Source: an uncultured Elusimicrobia bacterium
GTDB taxonomy: Bacteria > Elusimicrobiota > Elusimicrobia > UBA1565 > UBA9628
Reading direction: 5' to 3'
DNA: 64,000 bases
Assembly (NCBI GenBank): GCA_903830945.1
Contig: CAIKVT010000021.1
Location: 4,519-68,518, forward strand
The translations under genes and the position numbers were made by a program. Shown one piece after another: positions 1-9,899 of the stretch. The notes beneath the pieces were generated by a model. The model saw only the letters and a list, made by a program, of their open reading frames with translations, made no database searches and was not told where the DNA came from. Within the stretch, counting starts at the first letter, position 1. Each line of letters begins with the position of its first letter.

Positions 1-997
1 GCGTGCCCGCGTCGATAAGGGTCCCTCCGTTGTATGAGTTGGTCCCGGTCAGAAATAGGGCGCCGGTCCCGACCTTGGTCAGGCTGCCGGCTCCGCTGAA
101 GACGCCGGTGAACGTCGAGCTATTCACGCCGGTGTCGATCGTGCCGCCGCCGGAGTCGAGTGTCACCGCGCGCGAGTCGTTCAGCCCTGACGCCATCTGC
201 AGGGTGCCGCCGTTAAATGTGATGCTGCTGGCGGCGTTGCCCAGGGCGGAGTCCAGGCTGATGCTGAGCGTCCCCGTGTTGATGAAGGTCCCACCGCTAT
301 AGGAGTTGGTCCCGGTCATCAAAAGGGTGCCAGCCCCGACTTTGGTCACGGAGCTGCCGGCGACCCCCTCGCTGATGACACCCGAAAGAGTCGCATTGTT
401 GCCCGCGGTGTCGAATGCGGCGCCGGCGTTGAGCTGGATGTCGTTGGCGGCATTGATGCCCGAGCCGAGCTGCAGGACGCCGCCGTTGTAGGTGAGCGTG
501 CCGGAGCCCAGGGCGAAGTCGCTCTCAACGCCCAGGGTCCCGGCATTGAGGGTGGTGCCCCCGCTGTAAGAATTCGCCCCGCGTAAGTCTAGTTCGCCAG
601 TTCCGGTTTTGGTCAAAGATCCGCCGCCGATAATGAAGGATGTGATGCTCCAGATCTGGGGGCTGCCGTTGTTGAACGTGACCGCGCCGCCGAGGGAGAT
701 GGAGCTGCTTGAGATGGTCACTGCGGAAGGGGCGCCGGTGACATCAAGAGTGGTGTCGTTGTTGATGCTGGGGAGGCCGCTGCTGAGGGCGATCGTCCCT
801 CCACTCCCGGTTCCCCAGGCGATTGTGTTGGTCCCGCCGGCATTATTGGAGTCGGTGACCGCTTTCAGAAGGCTGCCGTTGCCAGAGGCGGAATCATTCA
901 AAACGCTCCAGGTGGCGGCGGCTTGGCCCTGCTGCGCTAGGAAGGCCAGGAAGCAAAGTGCGGCAAGAGGCCGGTTGAGTCTCCGGGGCATGATCAT
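1..997 (-). CDS. Autotransporter-type passenger protein with beta-strand repeats (N-terminal part; runs off the window start)
   Basis: Not in the ORF track. Manual minus-strand translation from ATG 997 gives MIMPRRLNRPLAALCFLAFLAQQGQAAATW (signal peptide), then repeats LTKTGTGELDLRGANSYSGGTTLNAGTL, VTKVGAGTLLMTGTNSYSGGTFINTGTL and LTKVGTGALFLTGTNSYNGGTLIDAG. Confidence 0.9.
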   Translation of the reverse strand, partial: MIMPRRLNRPLAALCFLAFLAQQGQAAATWSVLNDSASGNGSLLKAVTDSNNAGGTNTIAWGTGSGGTIALSSGLPSINNDTTLDVTGAPSAVTISSSSISLGGAVTFNNGSPQIWSITSFIIGGGSLTKTGTGELDLRGANSYSGGTTLNAGTLGVESDFALGSGTLTYNGGVLQLGSGINAANDIQLNAGAAFDTAGNNATLSGVISEGVAGSSVTKVGAGTLLMTGTNSYSGGTFINTGTLSISLDSALGNAASSITFNGGTLQMASGLNDSRAVTLDSGGGTIDTGVNSSTFTGVFSGAGSLTKVGTGALFLTGTNSYNGGTLIDAGT

Positions 998-1066
998 GCG
1001 GCGATTATTCTACAAAAAGTGAGGGCGTCATATGGGCGTTGGGCGGCCAAGAACTGTGAGTCCGGG

Positions 1067-2248
1067 CTAGAAAGATCCCAGGCCGGAGAGTACCTGGCGT
1101 GCCGGCCGGGGTCTGCCGAAGAGATAGCCTTGCGCTAGATCGAAGCCGCAGTCGCGCACGCGCTTGAGCTGCTCCGCGGTCTCCACGCCTTCCGCCAGAG
1201 GCTCGGCTTTGGCCCGCCGGATGCGTCCTACCACGTCCTTGATGGCGCGCAGCGGGGCGGCGCCGGCTTCGATGCGGCGGATGACCGCGACGCAGAGCTT
1301 GACGATGTGGGGGGAGAGCGCTTCCACCATCCCCATGTTGAGGTAGCCGCAACCCGCGTCATCGAGAGCCACCCGCGCGCCGCGGCGGCGCAGGGGGTGG
1401 GAAGCGGCGGCGAGCTTGTGGGGCGAGCGGATAGGCAGATGCTCCGTGAGTTCGAAGACCCGGAGCCGCAGGTCTCTCGGATCGCGTACCAGGCGTCTTA
1501 AGGCCGGCGCGTGGAAGAGGTCCGGCCCCAGGTTGACCGATAGCCAATAGGGGGCGGGCAGGCCCGCGGCCTGTTTCCAGGCCCCGGCCACGCAGGCCAG
1601 CTCCAACTCTTGGTGGAGGCCGTGGTAGGCCGCGGCCGCGAAGAGCTTATCGGCCCGCTCAACCGGGCCGCCGACCGGGCCGCGGACCAGGGCCTCGAAT
1701 CCCACGGGCTTGAGGTCGTGCAGGCTCACGATGGGCTGCAGGTGAAAGTCGAGGCGGCCGCAGCGCAGGATATCATGCAAGTGCGCCAGCGAGACGCCAG
1801 GCGCGGTCGTGTTGAACTCGGGGATGCGGTCGGCCAGTGCTTTCCAGAGCGGCTCCGGCTCGGTCAGGCCAGAAGGCACTCGGAGCACGCCGAAGCGGAA
1901 TTCCACGTGCATGGCCGCGGCGCGGCCCAACTCCGCGTCGAGCATCTCGCGTATCAGATCCATGCCGGTTTCGGTCATGGCCGAGATTTGGTCTTCAACG
2001 TCGAAGCCGACGGCCCAGGTCTTCATGCGAAAGGGAGCCATCCAGACGCCGAACTGGGGAGTGAATGGCGCGCAGAGCGGTGCGTGGCGGCTGAGCACGC
2101 GGTGGGCGATGCGGCCGAAGCGCCGGGTGATGTCCCGGTGCACGACCTCGCTGATCCGGTTGCCGTGCATGAACTGCATCTCGGCAGGGTCGTGGAAGCG
2201 GAAAGCTAGTACGTAGGTGGGCTGTCTTCGGGAGGCCGCTTTCTCCAT
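1067..2248 (-). CDS. EAL-domain c-di-GMP phosphodiesterase with divergent N-terminal domain
   Basis: Motifs QPIV, FEALVR, SVNL, FELTE, ALDDAGCGY, VKL, AEGVET and QGYLFG. Confidence 0.9.
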   Translation of the reverse strand: MEKAASRRQPTYVLAFRFHDPAEMQFMHGNRISEVVHRDITRRFGRIAHRVLSRHAPLCAPFTPQFGVWMAPFRMKTWAVGFDVEDQISAMTETGMDLIREMLDAELGRAAAMHVEFRFGVLRVPSGLTEPEPLWKALADRIPEFNTTAPGVSLAHLHDILRCGRLDFHLQPIVSLHDLKPVGFEALVRGPVGGPVERADKLFAAAAYHGLHQELELACVAGAWKQAAGLPAPYWLSVNLGPDLFHAPALRRLVRDPRDLRLRVFELTEHLPIRSPHKLAAASHPLRRRGARVALDDAGCGYLNMGMVEALSPHIVKLCVAVIRRIEAGAAPLRAIKDVVGRIRRAKAEPLAEGVETAEQLKRVRDCGFDLAQGYLFGRPRPARQVLSGLGSF

Positions 2249-2331
2249 GGCCGAGGCTCCTAAGCGTGTAGTATAGCTAATTCGCCGCCAGACTTTTGTA
2301 GAATGAACATCGTCGCATCAAGTGCCTTCAG

Positions 2332-2937
2332 ATGAGAGAGAACATAGGCCTGCTGTCCTGCATCTCCATCCTGTTCTTCGTGATGGATCCTTTAGGCAAC
2401 ATCCCGGTCTTCGTCGGGTTGCTTAAGGACCTTTCCGCGGAGAGGATGCGCCGCATCATCCTGCGCGAGCATTTGTTCGCCTTAGGTCTGCTGTTCTTCT
2501 TCCTTTTCTTTGGGCAGTTCTTCCTGCAGGTCCTCGGTATCCAGGACCCGGCTCTGGGCATCTCCGGCGGCATCGTGCTCTTCCTCATCGCCATCAAGAT
2601 GGTCTTCCCAATGAAGGAGGGAGTGTTCGGCGACATGCCCGGCGGCGAGCCCTACTTCGTGCCTATCGCGACACCGCTCATCGTCGGGCCTTCGATGATG
2701 AGCACCGTGCTCATCCTCGCCTCCAAGAGCGACGTGGGCTTCTGGCACCTTTGCGCTGCCGTGGTCGTGGCCTGGTCCGCCTCTTTGCTCATCTTGAGCA
2801 ATGCCTTGCGGTTGGCGGGGCTGCTGGGCGAACGGGGTGTGACCGCGATCTCGCGCCTCATGGGCATGATACTGACCACCATCGCGGTGCAGATGTTGCT
2901 CACCGGCCTGGCTCAGTTCTTCGGCAAGTCGGGCTGA
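2332..2937 (+). CDS. marC: MarC family membrane protein
   Basis: LFFVMDPLGNIPVF, ISGGIVLFLIAIKM, VPIATPLIVGP and SRLMGMILTTIAVQM; about 6 TM segments. Confidence 0.9.
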   Translation: MRENIGLLSCISILFFVMDPLGNIPVFVGLLKDLSAERMRRIILREHLFALGLLFFFLFFGQFFLQVLGIQDPALGISGGIVLFLIAIKMVFPMKEGVFGDMPGGEPYFVPIATPLIVGPSMMSTVLILASKSDVGFWHLCAAVVVAWSASLLILSNALRLAGLLGERGVTAISRLMGMILTTIAVQMLLTGLAQFFGKSG

Positions 2938-2944
2938 GGCCAGG

Positions 2945-4435
2945 ATGAGACCATATCGATTCTGGTCGCAATGGCTGGCCGTTTACCTGTTCTGCTGCGC
3001 GGTCTGCGCCTACTTTCAATTCCAATCTCCGTACCTTCCTGAGCCGGATTCTTATTTCCATGTCAAGGCCGCGCTCCTGATGCGTCAGCATGGGCTCTTC
3101 TTGAAGGGTTTCCCTTGGGCGCATTTCAGCCTCTGGCGGGACGGTTACAGCGACGGCTGTCTGCTCTATCATCTGCTTCTGATCCCATTCACCTTCGGCG
3201 GCCTCGTTTTCGGCGCCAAGGCCGCCGCAGTGCTTTTCTCCGCGTTCGCGCTCTCCAGTTTCTTTATGATCCTCACGCTCAATCGCATTCCTCATCGGAT
3301 CTATTGGTTCTGGCTGCTCTTGATGGGGGGGGGCTTCTTCTGGTGGCGCTTGCTGGCTGTGCGACCCCAGGTGCTGTCCATCTCGCTGCTGATGTGGAGT
3401 CTTCATTTCCTCCTCAATGACAGGAAGAGACCCTTCGCTCTGCTCTGTTTCCTGTACCCCTTCGCTTATGTCGCGGCGTTTCTTCCCGTGGTCTTCGCGG
3501 CCCTGCGCTGGGCCTATCTCAAGGTCGTCGAGCGTCGCAGCGAGCACCGCATCCTATTGGCCGGGTCGGGGGCTTATGTGCTGGCCATGCTGCTGCATCC
3601 TTATTTCCCGAAGAACCTCCGGTTCTTCTATGTCCAGAATCTTGTGAGCATGTTTTACTCCGTGACGCGGAAAGTCGAGCTGTTCCAGGGCGGCGAGATC
3701 CGTCCGATGGACACGCTGCAGCTGCTCTCGGCGCACTGGCCTCTCATTTTGCATCTGCTGGTCGTGCTGAGTGTGTTCATGCACCGCCGCCCGCCTCTCT
3801 CGCAGCGCACGCGCGTCCTGTTCCCGATCACGGTCGCGGTGGTCGCCCTGACGCTGGTCTCCAAGCGGTTTATCGAGTATTCTCTCCCGGTAGCGACCCT
3901 GTTCTGCGCCTGCGCGTTCACCGATGTTTTCGCGGGCTGTGCGGCGCGGGCATTCCTGCCGGAACGCCGCGTGCTGGCCGGGGCTCTGGTGGCGGCCTGG
4001 CTCGGTTTGGTGGCGGCCGCCAGCGGCTCTTGGTTCGCGACGATGCGCGGCCAGTTTGCCCACCTCCCGCCGCCGCATTTCGAGCGTCTGGCGCGTACGC
4101 TGGCGGCCCAGGCCCCGCCAGGTTCCCTGATCTACACTTGCGATTGGGACGAGCCGCCGGAATTGCTGTACTTCAATGACCAGCATCGTTATATGGTCAT
4201 GATGGATCCCGTGTTCATGTATTATCAAGATCCCGCGCTTTGGGAGCTTTGGCACGGCACCGCTAACGCGATTTTGCCGCCGGATGATATCCATCGGGCT
4301 CTCCAGGAGCGTTTTGGGGTCCGTTTCGGGCTCTGCTCTCGGAAATTCCAGCCCTTCCGCGATCTGGTCGGCCGCGACCGGCGCTATAAGATAATAGACG
4401 AGGACGACGAGGGCTTTGTCTTTAAGGTTCTTTGA
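2945..4435 (+). CDS. Polytopic membrane protein, probable GT-C fold glycosyltransferase
   Basis: First-loop motif PDSYFHVKAA, many TM segments, RPQ motif and a soluble C-terminal domain. Confidence 0.6.
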   Translation: MRPYRFWSQWLAVYLFCCAVCAYFQFQSPYLPEPDSYFHVKAALLMRQHGLFLKGFPWAHFSLWRDGYSDGCLLYHLLLIPFTFGGLVFGAKAAAVLFSAFALSSFFMILTLNRIPHRIYWFWLLLMGGGFFWWRLLAVRPQVLSISLLMWSLHFLLNDRKRPFALLCFLYPFAYVAAFLPVVFAALRWAYLKVVERRSEHRILLAGSGAYVLAMLLHPYFPKNLRFFYVQNLVSMFYSVTRKVELFQGGEIRPMDTLQLLSAHWPLILHLLVVLSVFMHRRPPLSQRTRVLFPITVAVVALTLVSKRFIEYSLPVATLFCACAFTDVFAGCAARAFLPERRVLAGALVAAWLGLVAAASGSWFATMRGQFAHLPPPHFERLARTLAAQAPPGSLIYTCDWDEPPELLYFNDQHRYMVMMDPVFMYYQDPALWELWHGTANAILPPDDIHRALQERFGVRFGLCSRKFQPFRDLVGRDRRYKIIDEDDEGFVFKVL

Positions 4436-4461
4436 TATCATATACATGATGAGGCGCGCCG

Positions 4462-4851
4462 ATGGCTGAACCCCCCCGCATCGTGATCCTGGATGACGAT
4501 GATGCAATCTGTGCTATGTTGACCGCGACCTTGGATGGAAGCTACGAGTGCGTGGTCGGGAAGACAGGACGCGAGGGCCTAAAGATATGCGGCAGCAACC
4601 GCGTGGACCTGGTCCTCACGGACATCGGCATGCCCGAACTCGACGGGATACAGATGCTCGAGGAGTTTCAGAAGGACCCCTGCCTTGCTGCCATACCGGT
4701 CCTGGTCCTCACGGCTACGCATTTCTCGCAGCGCTCCCGTTCGCAAGTGTCTTGCTTCCCCCAGGTGCGCGGCATCCTGCTCAAGCCTTGTTCCGTTGAG
4801 GAGATCACGGGGGCCATCGCCCGCGTCTTGAAAGAGCGCCTGGCAAGTTGA
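4462..4851 (+). CDS. Single-domain response regulator
   Basis: ILDDDD, DLVLTDIGMPELDG, IPVLVLTA and LLKP. Confidence 0.9.
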   Translation: MAEPPRIVILDDDDAICAMLTATLDGSYECVVGKTGREGLKICGSNRVDLVLTDIGMPELDGIQMLEEFQKDPCLAAIPVLVLTATHFSQRSRSQVSCFPQVRGILLKPCSVEEITGAIARVLKERLAS

Positions 4852-4865
4852 TCCTGCAGGAGAGA

Positions 4866-7502
4866 TCAGAGCAGTCCGGATAGACTTGCCACCAGTTGGT
4901 CCCAGTCCGCCTCGGGCAGCCCGCCCTGCGCGAAATCGGCCCGACCCCCGGCTGAACCCCCGTGCGCCGCCGCGAATTTTTTTGCCAGGGAGCCAGCGTC
5001 AAAGCCCTTGCCGGCCAAGTCCGGGGTCGCGGCCAGCACGAACGAGATCTTGCCTGCATGCGGCGCGGCTAAGAACACCGCGCCCGAGCCCAGCTCGGAT
5101 TTCAGCTTGTCCGATATGCCGCGCAAAGATTTCGGGTCCGCGCCATCGAGCTTCTGCACGCAGAGCTTGATCCCCTTGGCTTCCAGGACCTGGCGCCCCT
5201 CGGTCGTGCCTGCGAGCCTCTTGGCCTTGAGGCCTATCAGAGCGTTCTCCAGGCTCTTCAAGTGCGTGCGCAGAGACGCTTCCTCGCGCATCGCGCAGGG
5301 AGCGGCTTGCCCGTCCAGCGAGCGGATATCCTTGAGTAAGGCGTCCTGTTTTGCCACGAGTTGCGCCATCGCGGCCTTGTGCGCCTCCGCCTTCTTCACC
5401 ACCCATTCGCTGGCCGCCGGCCCAGCCACCGCCTCGATGCGTCGGATTCCCGCGGCCACCGACGACTCCTTCACGATCTTGAAAGTCTCGATCTCCGCGC
5501 TGTTGGACACGTGCGTGCCCCCGCAGAGCTCCAGGCTGAAGCGGTTATGCGGCTCCTGCCAGCCTTTGGCGCTCACCAGCACCGCGCGTGCCTTCTGTCC
5601 GTAGTCTTCTCCCAATAAGGTGATGGCCCCATGCCTCGCCGCCTCGGCCGGAGGCATCTCCTGGGTGTCCACGGGCAATGCCTTGCGGATGGCATCGTTG
5701 ACGATCTGCTCGATGAGCCTGATCTCTTCTGCGGTCACGGCCTTTGGATGTGTGAAGTCGAAACGCAGACGTTTGTCGTCAACATAGGAGCCCGCCTGGC
5801 GCACGTGCGCTCCCAGCAGCTCGCGTAAGGCCTGGTTCAAGAGATGCGTGGCCGTGTGGTGCGCCGTGGTGCGGCGGCGGCGCTGGGCATCGACTTCGGC
5901 GAGTACCTCGTCGCCGGGCTTGAGCGGAACCATGGCAGAAGCCGCCTTGACCATGAGCACCGTGGAAGCCTCGTACTTCTGAGTGTCCAGGACCTCGGCT
6001 AAGAGCGTGCGGCCGTCCGCGGAGAGGAGCTCTCCCGTGTCGCCGACCTGACCGCCGCTCTCCGCGTAGAATGGCGTGCGCTCTAGGACCACGATGCCCT
6101 CGGCCCCTTGGAAGCGCGCGTCTAAGACTTTGGTCTTTTCGGAGAGACTTTTATAGCCCATAAAAACTGTCGCGTGGGCTGCCAGGCCCTGGGAGAGCAT
6201 GTTTTTCTCCCCGGAGCCCTTCCATGAGGATCGGGCCACTTCGGCCGCGGCCTCTGTGGCCTTCTGGAAGCCCTCTTCGTCGACCTGGATGTGGCGCTGG
6301 AGGCAGATCTCCTTGGTGAGCTCGAGCGGGAATCCGAACGTGTCGTAGAGCTTGAAGGCCTGGTCTCCGGGAAAGGTCCCGGAAGTCTTTTCCAACAGGG
6401 TCATAAGTTCGCGCTCGCCCGCGGCCAGGGTCTCGATGAATCGGCTCTCTTCCATCTTCAAGCCGGTGACCACCTGGGCTTCGGCTGGGACGATCTCGGG
6501 ATAAGTGTTTCGAAAGATCTCCAGCACTGCGGGCAGGAGCTTGTAGAGGAACGGCTCCTGACAGTCCAAGAGTTGCCCGTAGCGCACCGCGCGGCGGATA
6601 AGCCGGCGCAGGACGTAGCCGCGCTCCACGTTGGAGGGGATCACTCCCTCGCTCATCAGCATGGCCGCGGCTCGGGCGTGGTCCGAGATGACCCGGAAGG
6701 CTAGATCCGTATCAGGAGAACGATCAGGATCCACCCCGAGTATGTCCGCGGCCTTGCTCACGATAGGAGTGAAGAGGTCCGTGTCGAAGGGGGAGAGCTT
6801 GCCCTGCGCCACGAAAGCCAGCCGCTCCAAGCCCATGCCCGTGTCGATGTTCTGGCGCGGCAGGGGCTTGAGGCTCCCGTCGCCCTGCCGGTCGAACTGC
6901 GTGAAGACCAGGTTCCAGATCTCGATGTAGCGGTCGCAGTCGCAGCCCGGCGCGCAGGAGGGGCTCGCGCAGGCGAAACGCGCGCCGCGGTCGAAGTATA
7001 TCTCGGAGCACGGCCCGCAGGGCCCCGTCGGTCCCATGGCCCAGAAATTGGTGTCCTCGCCCAATCGCCCGACCGGGTTCTTCAAGGCGAGCTTGCCCCA
7101 GAGAGCGGCGGCCTCTTCGTCGTCTTTGAACACCGTGGGATGCAGCAGCTTCGCATCGAGGCCCATGTCTTGGGTCAGGAATTCCCAGGCCCAGGGGATG
7201 GCTTCGGACTTGAAATAGTCGCCGAAGGAGAAATTGCCCAGCATCTCGAAGAAGGTCAGGTGCCGCAAGGTTTGGCCTACGCGGTCGATGTCCGTGGTGC
7301 GGAAGCACTTCTGGCAGCTCGCGGCGCGGGTGAGGTCCTTTTTGATGCCCAGGAAGTAGGGCTTGAAAGGAACCATGCCTGCGGAGTTGAACATCAGCGT
7401 CGGATCGCCCTGCGGGATGAGGGGAGTCGAAGGGCGCACTATGTGGCCCCGGCTCGTGAAAAAATCAAGGTATTGCTGTCTTAATTGAATTCCAGTTTTC
7501 AT
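4866..7502 (-). CDS. alaS: Alanine--tRNA ligase
   Basis: DPTLMFNSAGMVPFK, HLTFFEMLGNFSFGDYFK, DTGMGLERL, HTATHLL, ELCGGTHV and GGRADFAQGG. Confidence 0.99.
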   Translation of the reverse strand: MKTGIQLRQQYLDFFTSRGHIVRPSTPLIPQGDPTLMFNSAGMVPFKPYFLGIKKDLTRAASCQKCFRTTDIDRVGQTLRHLTFFEMLGNFSFGDYFKSEAIPWAWEFLTQDMGLDAKLLHPTVFKDDEEAAALWGKLALKNPVGRLGEDTNFWAMGPTGPCGPCSEIYFDRGARFACASPSCAPGCDCDRYIEIWNLVFTQFDRQGDGSLKPLPRQNIDTGMGLERLAFVAQGKLSPFDTDLFTPIVSKAADILGVDPDRSPDTDLAFRVISDHARAAAMLMSEGVIPSNVERGYVLRRLIRRAVRYGQLLDCQEPFLYKLLPAVLEIFRNTYPEIVPAEAQVVTGLKMEESRFIETLAAGERELMTLLEKTSGTFPGDQAFKLYDTFGFPLELTKEICLQRHIQVDEEGFQKATEAAAEVARSSWKGSGEKNMLSQGLAAHATVFMGYKSLSEKTKVLDARFQGAEGIVVLERTPFYAESGGQVGDTGELLSADGRTLLAEVLDTQKYEASTVLMVKAASAMVPLKPGDEVLAEVDAQRRRRTTAHHTATHLLNQALRELLGAHVRQAGSYVDDKRLRFDFTHPKAVTAEEIRLIEQIVNDAIRKALPVDTQEMPPAEAARHGAITLLGEDYGQKARAVLVSAKGWQEPHNRFSLELCGGTHVSNSAEIETFKIVKESSVAAGIRRIEAVAGPAASEWVVKKAEAHKAAMAQLVAKQDALLKDIRSLDGQAAPCAMREEASLRTHLKSLENALIGLKAKRLAGTTEGRQVLEAKGIKLCVQKLDGADPKSLRGISDKLKSELGSGAVFLAAPHAGKISFVLAATPDLAGKGFDAGSLAKKFAAAHGGSAGGRADFAQGGLPEADWDQLVASLSGLL

Positions 7503-7553
7503 AAAAATGATGAGGAATTATACAACAATTGGAAATGGCTGAATGCTCTGGGG

Positions 7554-8810
7554 CTACTGGGAGATGATGTCGGCGCTCGGCACGTCGCCTAGGGTGAGCC
7601 AATGCTGGAAAGCTTTTACAAACAAGGAATCCGCGCCGCCCTGCCATTCGTGGCCGTAGTTCTGGCGGTACACGTTGATGCGCCACTTGTTGTCTTCGAA
7701 GCGCACATAGAAAATGACATTGGGGGATGATAGGTCCGGGTCGCGGCCTGCGCTCGCGTGGGTCAGACTGCGGCCGTTGAAATCGGCGTAGACGAAGACG
7801 CCGTCACGGGAGATCTCCTCGATGGATTTTCCCGACCGGCTCAGCATGTTGTTGGCCACGTCGCGCATCAGGTCGCCCTGCTGGTTGCGGGGATAGCGCG
7901 CCAGGAGGAGGTCAAAACGTTCCTGGGTCAGTACGGAATCGAGGATGCGGTCAGCCTGCTCCTTGGAATTCGTACCCGCCAGAATCCTGGTCAGACCGCG
8001 CTTCTTGACCGTTTCCTCGATATGGGCCGGGGACGCCCCATATTTTTTGGCAGCCTCCAGGATGGATGGCCCCGAACTGCGCAGCCGGGGGTCCAGCTGT
8101 GCGACCGCCTCCTCCTGGGCCTTGAGCATGGAGGCCAGCAACTCGAGCCGCAGGGCTCGGCCCCTTTTTGAAGCGGGCGCGATGCCTTTCGCGGACATGT
8201 AATCTTCGAGCAGGGCTGCGGTCTCGGCATCGGTCGGCGTTTGGGAGCCCATGATGCCTCGGATGTAGTGCCGCGCTCCTTTGGCATCCGGAGTCTGGAT
8301 CACCGCTCCGGCCTGCCCAGTCAGGCTGGCGGCGGTGGCTTTAGCGCGCTCGATCAGCTCTGGTCCCGGCGGGCTGCGTGGCTGCTCTGTGTACTCCGCT
8401 GTGGGCTGTCCAGCTGGTGACTTTTCGCTGGAAATCGTTGTCACAGGCGCGCTCGGAGTATTCAGCGCGGACTGCGGCAAGGAGAGAGGCGCCAGAACGC
8501 TTGGCGCGCAGGGGTGTTGGGCGACCTCGAGCGGCAGAGGGGCAATCGCAAAAATCGGGCCTTGGATTATCGGCACGCTGATCGGAGTTTGGATTGGAGG
8601 CAGCAGGCCGGGGGCGGTCATCCCCGTGCTTGGCGGGGCGATGTGGGCGTTGCTGCCGGAAAGCGGATTACCTACGGATACGGCTTCGCTTGCGGAGTTT
8701 GCCGTGGTCTTGGCCTCTGCCGCCCAGCCCGGCGCCGTGAAGATAAAAAGTGCCGTCGCCAGCGGGGGAATCCTCCTGGTCCGCACCATGTTTGAAGTGT
8801 AGGCGGACAT
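7554..8810 (-). CDS. Hypothetical secreted protein (start may be ATG 8789)
   Basis: 418-aa ORF filling the intergenic space; signal-peptide-like N-terminus, Pro-rich linker and globular C-terminus of unknown family. Confidence 0.65.
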   Translation of the reverse strand: MSAYTSNMVRTRRIPPLATALFIFTAPGWAAEAKTTANSASEAVSVGNPLSGSNAHIAPPSTGMTAPGLLPPIQTPISVPIIQGPIFAIAPLPLEVAQHPCAPSVLAPLSLPQSALNTPSAPVTTISSEKSPAGQPTAEYTEQPRSPPGPELIERAKATAASLTGQAGAVIQTPDAKGARHYIRGIMGSQTPTDAETAALLEDYMSAKGIAPASKRGRALRLELLASMLKAQEEAVAQLDPRLRSSGPSILEAAKKYGASPAHIEETVKKRGLTRILAGTNSKEQADRILDSVLTQERFDLLLARYPRNQQGDLMRDVANNMLSRSGKSIEEISRDGVFVYADFNGRSLTHASAGRDPDLSSPNVIFYVRFEDNKWRINVYRQNYGHEWQGGADSLFVKAFQHWLTLGDVPSADIISQ

Positions 8811-8864
8811 ATTTCTGATGTCAAGGGTCCTGGGGACCCCGATCCTCGGTCAGCAATGACATCA

Positions 8865-8894
8865 TTGACTAGAGAATGCGACTTCTGTTATAAC
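8865..8894 (+). promoter_or_regulatory. Putative sigma70 promoter for the M23 peptidase operon
   Basis: TTGACT-N18-TATAAC with an extended -10 TG, 20 bp upstream of ATG 8915. Confidence 0.45.
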
Positions 8895-8914
8895 ATCATG
8901 CGTCTCGCTTCTCG

Positions 8915-9895
8915 ATGAACCTGAAAAAAAGTCTCAAGGAGCTTCTGAACCGCAAGATCACCGTGATAGTGATCCCGACTGCGGCTTTCAGGCCCTGGCG
9001 CTGGCAGTGTACCATCGCGTTTGGGATGTTCTGCCTGGTGCTCTGGTCCGGCGTCACCATCTGGGCCGGGTTCATCGCGGGCCGCCATGTCGACTACTGG
9101 ATCACTAAGGCCGACAACCGCGTGATGCTGGCGAAGATGGGCTATCTCGCAGGAGAGATGGAGAAGGCGCGCGACACCCTTGATGTCGCTAAGGCCACGG
9201 ACCGCCAAATGCGGGTCCTTCTTGGCTTGGCCCATCGCGAGGACCTCCTCGGCAATAATACGGCGGTGGGCGGCCCTACGGCTGCGGACCGCATCAGCCT
9301 GCGCCGCTTGCTGGCCATCGACCCGGCCAGCGTCCGGCAGACCGACTGGCACCGCCAGATCGAGGCACTACGCCAGGAGTCCATGAAGCGTCTGGCCAGC
9401 TTCCAGGAGATCGGCTGGTACATCGGCAACCAGCGCAGCCTTCTGCACGCCACACCCTCCATGTGGCCGACGTCGGGGCAGATCACTTCCTTGTTCGGCT
9501 ATCGGCTTTCTCCCATACAACGTGCGGAGGGTGATCAGGGAGAGTGCCACTCCGGAGTGGACATCGCCAACCGGCCCGACACCTTGATCTACGCCACGGC
9601 CAACGGGACCGTGCGCCTCGCGGGCTGGACTTCCGGCTACGGCCAGGCCATCGTCATCGACCACGGCTACGGTATCTCCACGCTCTATGGCCATACTTCC
9701 AAGTCTTTGGTCCAAGCCGGCGATCGTGTGACCCGTGGACAGGTCATTGCGTACATGGGCACCACCGGGCGCTCCACCGGCGCGCACCTGCATTATGAGA
9801 TCCGGCGCAGCGGCCAGCCGGTCAACCCTATGATCTTCCTTAAGGTCCGTTCCGCCGAGGACCTCCTGGGCTACGCCCAGGCCGCGGGGCGCTGA
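8915..9895 (+). CDS. M23 family metallopeptidase (TM + coiled coil + M23)
   Basis: HSGVDIA (HxxxD), TLYGH and GRSTGAHLHYEI (HxH). Confidence 0.95.
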   Translation: MNLKKSLKELLNRKITVIVIPTAAFRPWRWQCTIAFGMFCLVLWSGVTIWAGFIAGRHVDYWITKADNRVMLAKMGYLAGEMEKARDTLDVAKATDRQMRVLLGLAHREDLLGNNTAVGGPTAADRISLRRLLAIDPASVRQTDWHRQIEALRQESMKRLASFQEIGWYIGNQRSLLHATPSMWPTSGQITSLFGYRLSPIQRAEGDQGECHSGVDIANRPDTLIYATANGTVRLAGWTSGYGQAIVIDHGYGISTLYGHTSKSLVQAGDRVTRGQVIAYMGTTGRSTGAHLHYEIRRSGQPVNPMIFLKVRSAEDLLGYAQAAGR

Positions 9896-9899
9896 GGCT

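Noticed and set aside
3-1022. Plus-strand ORFs 3-302, 306-491 and 609-1022
   Set aside because: They are shadows of the minus-strand autotransporter repeats.
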